Positions 53,480-64,000 of a stretch of DNA of 64,000 nt are shown one piece after another. The notes below the pieces were generated by a model. The model saw nothing but the letters and a program-made list of their open reading frames with translations, did not search any database and was not told where the DNA came from. The DNA is from Balanoglossus misakiensis. Its lineage: Eukaryota > Animalia > Hemichordata. Location: NCBI GenBank assembly GCA_040954595.2, contig CM082587.2, positions 775,622-839,621 of the forward strand, written 5' to 3'. The position numbers and the translations under genes are program-made. Numbering within the stretch: position 1 is the stretch's first letter; every line of letters starts with the position of its first letter.

Positions 53480-53696
53480 AAATTGAAATTTAATTATTCA
53501 TATTTTGCCTGTTCAAAATGACCTCCATTCTCTGGGTTAACTCTGTGGAATAAAATTTATAATCAGGATTTTTTTTTATGACAACAAGATGATGAACACC
53601 AGGATTTCTGCTTTGTTCTCAAGACAGAGTCCTGGCACACTTTAATAAAGCAAAGAATTGGAGTACTGTCTGTCCCTGAGGGGCACACTACCTTAA
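53480..53696 (-). mobile_element. Possible degenerate non-autonomous DNA element end (TTAA-bounded, Kolobok/piggyBac-like)
   Basis: The minus strand reads TTAAGGTAGTGTGCCCCTCAGGGACAGA...CAGAGTTAACCCAGAGAATGGAGGTCATTTTGAA, resembling a recalled interspersed repeat. The other terminus was not found. Confidence 0.3.
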
Positions 53697-55743
53697 GTCG
53701 CCATCGTCTCAAAACATGAAATAACATTTTTGTTTTGAGTGTTCTCCCAAGTAGACCCAATGAATTTTGTTTTAAAATCAAAAGTGATCTAAAGAGGTCT
53801 CAGTCTTCTACATTAAATCTGTTGAATAATTAACCTCCAGCATTTCTTAGAAGTATCATCATCAGACATTCTGGAAGAAAATTTCAGCAAGCCGTAAGGT
53901 TTACGGGTACTTTGAAAATATCAAAGTGTATGTGTCAGGATTGACAGGTTGTTTGGAGTGATATTTTAACTAAAAGTACAAGTATCCTAAAATGCAAATT
54001 TGTGACAATGTAAAGAACTCTGGCAGCTGTTATCCCAATGAACCTACAAACTAAATTTGTAGAAAATGGACAATCAGACAAACATATATACCCAAAATGG
54101 TAAGATTTAACACAAATAGCAACAAAATAAGCACATTCCCAGAGAACTGCTCACCAATTTTCAAAATTGTCAGTGTCAGTAAATTATACATCAAAATCTC
54201 AAATTTCTGACAAGATCTGAAGGGTGTACACAGAACCTGAAATATTTTATCTTTCATGAATTTTCCAGAGGCGATTGTTATACATTTGTAGATAACCTAG
54301 CTGCATGTAATTAGTGGTTTTATTCATTTTCCAGGAAAACTACCATGCGATTGTAAGATTATGCCATGAAATAAAACCCAGAGTGGATTAATAATTAAAT
54401 ATTAATGTCTTAGATATCTTCAGGTGTTTCGAAATTAAATTACAAGATTATGATGGCACTAATGTAGTTGACAAGATTTCTGTTTAACAATACACCATAA
54501 AATGACAGCATAATCATTCTATACAGCAAATCATAAACCTTGAACTTCTATTGTCTACTTTTACTTGGTTTGGGGGTGCCCATAAAGCCCTGGGTATTCT
54601 TCAATATCAAATGATGTCAGATGCGCTCCTGGGCTGATCCTCGATCAGTAGTGTGTGATCAATATTTCTTATGTTAAAATCTAGTGTTATGGAAGTAAGG
54701 ATACACTGTACAGTTGACAATAATATTTCAAAATGAACCAAATTATAAAGATTCAAATGATTTTTCAAGAAATTATATTCAGGTATGAAAACACCAATCT
54801 TTATCCTGGCATTTAAGCCTGACTGCAATGGATTATTGAGTTGAACATTAACATAAAGGTGATCTGTTCGTCTTGCATGGATAAAATATTTGTGACTAGT
54901 ATCTGTTTACACAGAGAATGTCGTGATGATTCACTGCTTCTTGAAAAGTGAAAGGCTGTGGAATATTCCCCATGCCATACATAATTCATATCAGTTCCGC
55001 AAGACATAAACTACAGTGATGGGGAGTTCATAAATACTGCATCACAACTCTTATGCTCAAACAAACTGTTCACAGCAAGTATTGCGGCGGCACAGCAAAA
55101 GTAAAATTAAAAACACGCATTTTAAAAATTCATGCTTTGAAGCCTAAAAGTGATTGAAAGTTCTTTTGTTGAAGTTTGTTATGAAAAGTTGGAAAAAACT
55201 TTTGGTGTGCCTGACAATAAGTCACTTACATTTGCTTTTGAAATAGTAAATAATTGAAAGAAATCATAACACCAAGTAAGCTTTCTGCTTCAAATAAATA
55301 GAAGCTCAAGAAGATTTCAAGCAGTGCAATTCCGAAGATAGCAGATGCAGAGTTAAAGCCGCCTCTACTTCATCCAGAAAAAATACAATCTGTTTGGCAG
55401 AATTTAGAAGAGGATTTCACATCCAAGAAAAGGACTCTCCAGTCTGACGAACGTATCACGGCAAGTTTCTCAAAATGTTGTTTTGTATTTTGTTGCTAGG
55501 CGTTAGATCACAAAGTTATCATGTCATTTTTGAGTATTAGAGGTACCTTTATGAGGTTTGAGACATTATAATCGCAGATTTCTCTGTCAAAGTATTATTT
55601 GACAGAAAACATACATTTTTGGAAAGTCTTGGCTATGAATAGTACTCCTATGCCATCAAAGTTTGTAGTATCAGTAGCATGTTTGTTTTCTGTCTTAAAG
55701 GATAGGTTATTTTTATTTTCAGGGCCAAGTTTGAACAATCACC

Positions 55744-56739
55744 ATGAACTTCACTGGAACAGATAATGGTACCATCCCAATGGTTGAAATGCCTTCTTAC
55801 ATCTACAACTCCGAGCTTGCAATGGGCATAATTGGAACAATTGACAATTTGATCGTAATTTTTGTGATCTGGTTCACACCAACCTTGAGAACAATAACAA
55901 ACTACTTAATCGTCAATCTTGCTGTAGCAGATCTCCAGACCTCTATATTTTTAGTTCTCATGAAGTATTTGACTCAGGTTTTCAAGTTTCCAGTGCCAGA
56001 AGGTTTAGCAGGCGAACTGTACTGTCGGTTTTATCATGGTGGGTTCATCTTCTGGACTGGGATTCGAGAATCGACATTCGCTTTAGTTTTAGTGACCTTA
56101 GAGCGATATATTGCCATTGTTCATCCATTGCTTTACAACCAGTATTGTACGATTCGCAATATGGTCATTGCAGTTGCTGTAACCTGGATCATGGCATTTA
56201 CTTTCGAGTTTATTATCACGTTTTTTCATCATAGTGCACATTGAATATGCATATATGAATATCCAAATCCATCAGTTGCATTGTTTTTCGGGTTGTTTTA
56301 TTTCATTTGTTGTTACTTCATTCCAACTGTCATAATGATCTGGGCGTACGCAAGAATGCTCAGTAGTATTAATGTTAATCCCAATCAAAGCGGTGGTAGC
56401 CATGACAATGAGAGGGATGAGACATTATTGATTGCCAGGAAGCGGTTAATAAAAGTACTGCTTCTTGTCTTTATGGCATATTTCATTTGTTGGACTCCAC
56501 TCACCCTCCTCTTTCTTTATTCCAATTTATTTGGAGACTTAAATGTTTTCGACAGTTATTTTATGTGGCTTGTCATTTTAGCTTTTGCAAATTCCATCCT
56601 TAATCCGTTTATTTATGTTTTCAAGTATCGCCAGTTCCGCAAAGCGCTTTCAAAGAAATTGTGTCCTGCTCTTAGAGATAGCAAAGTCAGACAACAGAAT
56701 ATTACAACAACCAACACGACAAGAGAAGCAACACACTAA
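55744..56739 (+). pseudogene. Class A GPCR, paralog 3: full-length frame (331 codons) broken by one in-frame TGA at 56242-56244
   Basis: Track ORFs 55744-56244 and 56281-56739 share a frame. HHSAH*ICIYEYP aligns to KHSANGTCVLVYP of paralog 5, so the change is GGA>TGA. The TM1 GN motif is also altered to DN. Confidence 0.85.
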
Positions 56740-59122
56740 AACTGCATCAATAGACTATTTTCTGAACTCCACCCGTACAACGAATTGTATAGTTTGTGTA
56801 TTTCATCATGGTAATACATCATATTGTTGTTACATGTATTTTCACTTCTTCAAGTTCAGTCACCCATTACTTTGTAAGAGCAAATGTGGAAACTAATATT
56901 TATTGTATTACGTGATTTCTTAAATATGCCTTGGCTTGTGCATTGTGTTTTAAGGATATTAAATATTTAAATTTAGTCACAATTACATGATTGCGTGTTT
57001 TTGTCACACAACAAATACATAATCATGAGTCTCCCACCCCACACCAAATACACCCTAAATATCTGATTTTCACAAAGTTTATGAATCTAGTGGAATAAAA
57101 CATATATGGATATTGAAGAAATCAAGACATCTCCTATGTTTCCTTCATACATGACTCCCTTTAGTTTACTATAAAACATTACTCAATGTATGCCTGTCTG
57201 CATAGATAATTGTGTCGATCGTCATTTGATCAGTTTGTCCATCTCCTGCATTTACTGAAAGCCCGGGTCAATTGCAGCCACTTGTAGCATATTATAATTG
57301 ATACAATACTTCTCCCTATCCTTAGTGCACAAGATAAATGATTTCCAAAGCTTTTAATATACCGGGACTGTGCAACTGACTATGAACTGCTTTGTGTAGT
57401 GTGACCAATAACATGATTACGAAAATCAATTATGTATTCACTACCCAATTCCAATCAAGCCTATTGTGTATACTGGGTCTTTATAGCACTAGCCATTTTA
57501 TCCATGTAAGAATTGGGTATCTGGGTAGAATATACATGTTATTGAATAAATATGGGCGTTCCTACATCTCAATATTTATCATCCCTCTCCCGGTTATATC
57601 AAAGGATCTGTGCAGATTATGAAATTATATGTTTGGCATCATACATTCCCAGGCTGTCCTGAGGATAAATGAACAAATTCTAAGGATAATTCCTTGTCAG
57701 TGATTTACACCTCATATTGTTATTGCTGATTGTTAGGCATTGTTGTTCAAACCGAGAACGTGAAAATTGTAGTAATTTATTTGCAAAAGACACAATCTTT
57801 ACAATATTTCACCTAGTTATAATACTCAGACTAATTCAACCCCTAGGTGGTATTTTGGCTTTCCCAGAATCCTATTCTTTGATGAAAGGGTTGAAAGGTT
57901 TCTATCTTGAAAACTCCCTTTATAAGAAGGAAGCAAAGCCTGTCATAATCTTTGAGAGCGAGAGTACACTAACAACGTGTAAACTTTCTAAGCAACACCT
58001 TCAGCCTTGTGTGTTCCAAGCGTCTGAGATTAGCCTGGTGCCCACGAAACAACTTGCACTCTAGACGGAAGATAGAAGGCTTACTGAAGTACAGATTGGA
58101 GTGTTTTCTGCATTGGGAGCAAACCACAACCAGTAACTCAAAGGATTACCGTACTACGACCAAAGTAACCAAGAGATCACATAAGGTACAAAGAACCATT
58201 CACTTGTTCAGAGTTTGTTGACCGTATATTCAACAATTTCACAAAAAATGCAAAATACTCATGAACAGCATGGGTATGAATTCAATGACATAGCTTTTGC
58301 CAGACTTTGGTTGTGTGAAGTATCATCCCTAAGTGCCAATGTTCATTTCTAACAGCTTCGTTTTAATGCGTATCTTCCGACAACAACAGCTTGGCCTTCA
58401 ATTTAATATTTGCAACATGCAGAGCGACCAATGGTCATATTGAATGAGTGCACATTGTCAATTCGTAAAAATCCTACAGAAGAGACAGATAATGATTGAC
58501 TGAGATAAATAATAACAGCGTTTTATACAAAGTAGGCCTATAATTGGATTTTCTTATTCTGTTTTCTATATCCTCAAGTCGTCTGCTTATAACCATTTGG
58601 CCTGTGAAAATGATGAGCTAAGGGAAAGAGAACAACAAGAGTGGGAAGGCCAAAATGTCACAGAAGGTGCAATTGGTTTTTCTTGAATACACCCCATGGT
58701 GGATCATTAGAAATCAGTATCCATGACTACTCGGATCTGTATAATTGAGTTTGCCCTTGAACGGTTTCTTAGAGAATTCACAACCAGAGAAAAAAACAAG
58801 GGGTGACTGACTCACATGATGAATGAACATTATTGTATGCCAACCTTGTACACAAACCACTTTATGGCAGTGCGGGTATAGATTAGACTGGTCTCCTTTT
58901 TTAAAAGTTTGAGAAAAACACTGTGTGTGAGTCCAATCAAGGAGATACGAGTAAACTTTCTGGAATAGTTTCAATCCAGCCAAAAGACATCATACTCTTA
59001 GCCACTCGTGACAGCTCTGATTATCCAATGTTAACCTTTAGCAAAATATGAGAAAAAGACTGATTTTCAAGGCATGTTTTTCCTTACACAAGTCTTTGCA
59101 TTGTTTATCTCTTTCAGATCCA

Positions 59123-60178
59123 ATGTTGGAATCACATTTCAATATCAATTCAGTGAACAACTCCAATTGGTCAGATATTGCCAACTTCCAGTTTGGCGCC
59201 ATACCATCATACATCTACAACACAGAATTAGTAATGGGCATAATTGGATCTGTCGGGAATTTTCTGGTCATTTTGGTGGTTTTGATCACACCGAAGATGA
59301 GAACAGTAACAAACTACTTGATCGTCAATCTTGCTGTCACTGATCTTCTCACATCAATTCTTCTGGTTCTAAACAAGTACTTGACTCAAGCCTTCAACTT
59401 TCCTTTGCCGAAAGGACTGGCTGGTGAAATATACTGTCGTTTGTATTTTGGAAGTTTGTTCTTCTGGGTCAGTATAAGAGAATCCACATTTAGTTTAATG
59501 TTAGTGACCCTGGAAAGATATTTTGCACTTGTCCAGTCTTTGGTATATCATAAATACTGCACCAATGGCAACATTGTTATTCTAGTTGTTCTTTCCTGGA
59601 TTCTATCATTCTTGTTAGAATTCACCTTTACATTCTTTCATCGTGTTAAGAATGGTTTATGTCTGATCTATGACTATCCAAATGAGATAGTCGCCATGTT
59701 TTTTGGCTCATTCTATTTCATTGTCTGCTACTTAATCCCAACTATCGCAATGGTTTTGGCATATGTGAGAATTCTAGCTAGTCTGCAGCTCCGTTCAGGA
59801 AATGCCTCAAGTGGTATCGATGACAGAGTAGCAACACTTCTTAAAGCTAGAAATCGACTCATCAAAATGCTTTTCTTGGTACTTCTTGCTTATTTCATTT
59901 GTTGGACGCCACTGACTTTTCTCTTTCTTGTTCACAATCTTGGAGGTCCAACTGACTTTTTCGCAAGCTACTTTAACATCATCATCCTGTTAGCATTTGC
60001 CAATTCTATTCTCAATCCATTTATTTATGCATTCAAATACAAGCAATTTCGCAGAGGTTTCTTGATTAACCTTTGTCCATGTTTAGTAAGAAACAATCAA
60101 GTAGGGCTCGAGAGCACAAATCAAGCAAACAGCATATCAAGAGTAACGTATCGACGAAGCAATCAACAAAATAATTAA
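59123..60178 (+). CDS. Class A GPCR, paralog 4, 351 aa, intronless CDS
   Basis: GN, NLAVTDL, YC, TLERY, YLIP, CWTP, NPFIY, KQFR, CPC. The true ATG is probably 59123, just after the acceptor tctctttcag (59117); the ORF-track extension from 59048 is probably intronic. Confidence 0.95.
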   Translation: MLESHFNINSVNNSNWSDIANFQFGAIPSYIYNTELVMGIIGSVGNFLVILVVLITPKMRTVTNYLIVNLAVTDLLTSILLVLNKYLTQAFNFPLPKGLAGEIYCRLYFGSLFFWVSIRESTFSLMLVTLERYFALVQSLVYHKYCTNGNIVILVVLSWILSFLLEFTFTFFHRVKNGLCLIYDYPNEIVAMFFGSFYFIVCYLIPTIAMVLAYVRILASLQLRSGNASSGIDDRVATLLKARNRLIKMLFLVLLAYFICWTPLTFLFLVHNLGGPTDFFASYFNIIILLAFANSILNPFIYAFKYKQFRRGFLINLCPCLVRNNQVGLESTNQANSISRVTYRRSNQQNN

Positions 60179-61938
60179 TAACCAGCTTTCACATATACAT
60201 TAGGCAGTTGCCTGTGAAAACCATGTTGGAATGTGAGTACTTCTTTTATCTGGAGATCACAAAATTATCACCTTGCTTATACATTCAAATGTCAACAGAA
60301 ATATTGCAGTTTACTTGTATAATACTTTGAAAACAAGTTGAATAATAGTCATTTCAACATGTTTTTAACAAGAACAAGTCTTTAAGGATGTGCCCAAGGC
60401 AAAATAGTAAAATGAAGAGTACAAAGATGACCCCAGACAATTTCTATTTTTCACATTATGAACCTGTCTTGATATATCAAATATAACTTGTTAGCTTGTC
60501 AACTTGCCAATGCACAATCAGTCATGGCTTCATTTTCTTTACAACCATATTTGTTTTCGACAATGGGAAGTCATCGAGCCTGAAGCTTCAATTAAGTTAG
60601 AATTTCTAGTGCAAATAATTGATTTGGCTGCAAGGGTAACCACTTACTGACAGTCAACAGAAATCAAGTAACCCATGGAAACACGGTAGAGGATCTTGTT
60701 CTATTTTTAGTCATTCACTTAAAAGCTCCATCATTGTTCTTAATTACTTGTCACAAATTAAATAAAATATGTTACTTTCTCAAAATAGTTAATGCGTGGT
60801 CGTGATGCTGGTGCTCAGAGCTACTCTAGCACATCACCCCTTAAAGGGCCACGATCATCACATCGCATTTGTCAAACCAGAGACTCTGGTTACACATTCA
60901 ATGCCACAACGCAATGTGCTGTCCCAACAACAAACAAGATATGGCAGAAACCATAGTCTGTGTCGGAGATCGGGGAAAGACGGCAAATTGAGTGAAAAGA
61001 AGGGACACAACTGAAGTCTATATGGTGCTCATGAAATATGGAAGGACACGAAGGCAGTTCACTATTTGAATGTATTGATACCCCCTCCAACAAATAACGT
61101 GAATGGCGTTCGTGACATTGAGAACATATCAGCAAAAGGTATCCCGAGGATGTGCCTTTCAACAAAACTAATCATTCAAGTGTTCTGTTTGCACCAGCCT
61201 TGTGTCACAGCTTGTCATTGTCATGTATACGTTGAGACCACTTTCTCCAACCATGAACTCAGGAGTACTTCATACTGTGTGCACCAAGACAGGTTCCAAG
61301 AAGACAATTCCACAAACCCCAAGAGGGACAAACAATTAATTTAAAGAGGCTATCATCACACAGCGCATGCGTGTGTTTTTGCATAAAAGTAGGTCTTTGT
61401 AGTATCTTTGGCAGTGGTATTGGAAGAAATTCATGAGCGTACTTATTCCTGGTCGATCGAGAGAAAAGGAATCCCCTTTTTGTATGGTCATCACACAGTA
61501 TACTCATCCACCTGACTTTTCAAAAGTCACTGATGCATCATTAGCGAATATACAATATACAGTTAACCAGCTAGCTGTGGTGTGATTTTAAGTTCTATTC
61601 AACAAGGTAGGTTTTTGTGCGATTTTACCGCACGTCTGATACTGTTTTTAATGGATTGCAACAGCAACTTGTCTGTACTTAGAACTATATATTGCTCACT
61701 GTGTGTATAACAAAATCTGTTTCAATGATTCCTTGCCAAAAATAAGTCTAGACCTCTTGCACCAAATATGTCACCTTTCCAGAGAAGTTTGTTCTGAACA
61801 TTGTTCCTTTTGAAACTTTTTTTGATATTTTGCACCAAAAATACTTGATTTTGATCATTTTTTCATGTAACATTTGTACGTTAATGTAATATGTTTTCTT
61901 TTTCAGTTCTCGTGTGCGTTCTCAGTTTCTACATCAAC

Positions 61939-62955
61939 ATGAAGAACAGTTCCACAGAGTCAAATATTGCATCCATCACATTACCATCCTACATCTATAA
62001 CACAGAACTTGTCATTGGTATGGTAGGAATAATCGGAAATTTTCTCGTGATTTTGGTAGTTTGCATTGCGTCATCGATGAGAACGACAACTAATTTCTTG
62101 TTAGTCAATCTTGCTGCAGCAGATCTCCTGACATCTGTCCTGTGCATTCTGATCAAGTACATGACTCATGCCTTCAATTTCGCAGTACCAGCAGGACTAG
62201 CAGGAGAATTCTATTGCCGATTCTACCATGGATCTTTCATCTTCTGGGTTGGCATCAGAGAATCAACATTTAGTTTAGTTTTGGTAACCTTAGAACGATA
62301 TCTCGCCATCGTTCACCCATTGCTTTATCCCAAGTATTTTACAACTCGCAATGCTGTCATTGCGGTGGTTGTTTCCTGGATTGTTTCATTTGTGATCGAA
62401 TTCATCATTACATTTTTCAAGCATAGTGCTAATGGAACATGTGTATTAGTCTATCCTACAAAGGAGGTTGCAATGACCTTTGGTTTGTTTTATTTCATTT
62501 GTTGCTACTTTATCCCAACAATTTTAATGATATGGGCGTACATCAGAATGTTATGCAGTCTTCGTATTAACAGAGATATGGTTGGTGGTTGTGATGACAG
62601 GAATGAAACTCTTCTAAGAGCAAGAAATCGGTTGATAAAAGTTCTGATTATAGTATTTATGGCGTATTTTATTTGTTGGACGCCAATAATGGTCATATTT
62701 CTTTACCTTAATCTTGGCGGACAGGGGACAGTGTTTGCGAGTTACACACAGGGTCTCATTCTGTTGGCATTTACAAATTCTGTTCTCAACCCGTTTATTT
62801 ATGCGTTCAAGTACAAACAATTCCAAAGAGCCTTCTTGAATAACCTTTGTCCATGTTTAGTACGAACCATGCAAGTCGGTCCTGATAATAACACAATCAC
62901 AATAAATTCCGAGCAAGTAGAAATCGCGGAAAATCTATCCAACCAGCACGGTTGA
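61939..62955 (+). CDS. Class A GPCR, paralog 5, 338 aa, intronless CDS
   Basis: GN, NLAAADL, YC, TLERY, YFIP, CWTP, NPFIY, KQFQR, CPC. ATG at 61939 after the acceptor ttttctttttcag (61906); candidate upstream donor CAAG|GTAGGT at 61606. Confidence 0.95.
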   Translation: MKNSSTESNIASITLPSYIYNTELVIGMVGIIGNFLVILVVCIASSMRTTTNFLLVNLAAADLLTSVLCILIKYMTHAFNFAVPAGLAGEFYCRFYHGSFIFWVGIRESTFSLVLVTLERYLAIVHPLLYPKYFTTRNAVIAVVVSWIVSFVIEFIITFFKHSANGTCVLVYPTKEVAMTFGLFYFICCYFIPTILMIWAYIRMLCSLRINRDMVGGCDDRNETLLRARNRLIKVLIIVFMAYFICWTPIMVIFLYLNLGGQGTVFASYTQGLILLAFTNSVLNPFIYAFKYKQFQRAFLNNLCPCLVRTMQVGPDNNTITINSEQVEIAENLSNQHG

Positions 62956-64000
62956 CAGATGTACAACAGATCATTTTCCAACTTCCAAAAGACTCTGCAA
63001 GATCTCATGTGGCTTGGCAGTTTTTATGAGTGGACTCTCATGTCATGCAACACTAGTTTCAAAAAAGGTTGACTTGTATTATATGGCTAGCCACCTGTTT
63101 CTATGGTAATTGACTAAAAGTCTCCTGAGATCTCGCAAGAAGCAGACAATGATCTATTATTAAAGGGCACATGTGCTTGAGTCATCCATCAAATTTCTAT
63201 ATGCTTTTGCCTCGGATCTGAGAAGCCTATCAAAGTGTGTGGTTAGGGGTAGGGTTGTGTTTAATTAGTTTTATTTTCCAGTTTGGAGGATGTTCTCGAG
63301 TTCTAGATGGGCAAGCAGCAGGAACTGAGGCAAAGTAAGCGTTCCACCAGAGTAGATCTGAGTGTAGAATCGTTACCACCTCGAGATAAATAAAAATACT
63401 TGAAATACACATGCTATTCTGAAGAGACATGTAGTAAAATTTAAGCGACTGTAAAGAATCGTCTTTGGAGTCTCTACTATCTACTGCTGGGGTTTTCAAA
63501 CAGAAAGTTAGCTGTAAAATTGTTAGTACTGACCAAAAATTAATGTGTCCATGTATGGTTTGTAAATTGTGCCTTGACAACACGCCATTAGGCGCTGATG
63601 TGTAATTAATGTCATTATTCTTCTGCTTTTCATGTATTGTAATTTCTAGTTTTTGAAATTTTTGTAAGAAAAACATGTATACACAAGGTCATGTGATGTA
63701 ATATAGCAAGAAAAGTTTAAAGAATTATTTTAAGCTTTACAGTTTGTTGTACAGTTTAATTCTCCAAATCTCGTACTTGTCTGCTTCTGTTTTTTGCCAT
63801 TGTATCATTCCCACTATGTCATTAAAAGCAAGCAGTCAAAAAAGTGAACATCTTCAAACGTGTTCCTATTTGACCTATGAACTTTGGTTGGTAGGGTCGC
63901 AAATATTGATGGCATGTAAATTATTAAGTGGTTCTCCAATTCGGACAAGAGAACTTACCCCCCCCCCCCAACCCATCACTTGAAAGGCATGTGGGTTAAA

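Noticed and set aside
56242-56244. Selenocysteine codon in a GPCR
   Set aside because: The aligned residue in all paralogs is Gly rather than Cys, and no SECIS-like hairpin is apparent in the 3' region.
63230-63676. 148-aa minus-strand ORF
   Set aside because: No recognisable domain, it ends in a simple CCCTA-type repeat, and no splice partners were found.

Overview
AT-rich, intron-containing animal genomic DNA; the gene families and compact introns suggest an invertebrate deuterostome such as a hemichordate or echinoderm (inference). Most short ORFs in the supplied track are not genes. Splicing the sequence by hand gives four things. (1) The first six coding exons of nucleoporin NUP35/NUP53 on the minus strand (166-1659), running off the window's left edge. 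(2) Head-to-head with it, a complete 23-coding-exon RIPOR/FAM65 gene (5845-14611, about 902 aa) with two microexons and an 8-aa TQ repeat. (3) An unannotated minus-strand gene of at least 3 exons (18829-19916/19982) encoding a tandem six-cysteine helical-domain protein with RGM-N/neuritin-like Cys spacing. (4) A cluster of five paralogous class A GPCRs with intronless CDSs: one on the minus strand and four on the plus strand, one of which carries a single TGA. The receptors split into two classes by co-varying charged pocket residues and have X-box-like and NRF1-like motifs upstream, consistent with a lineage-specific receptor array, possibly ciliary or chemosensory. The rest is non-coding, with small tandem and inverted repeats and degraded elements. 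All homology calls come from recalled motifs, not database searches.
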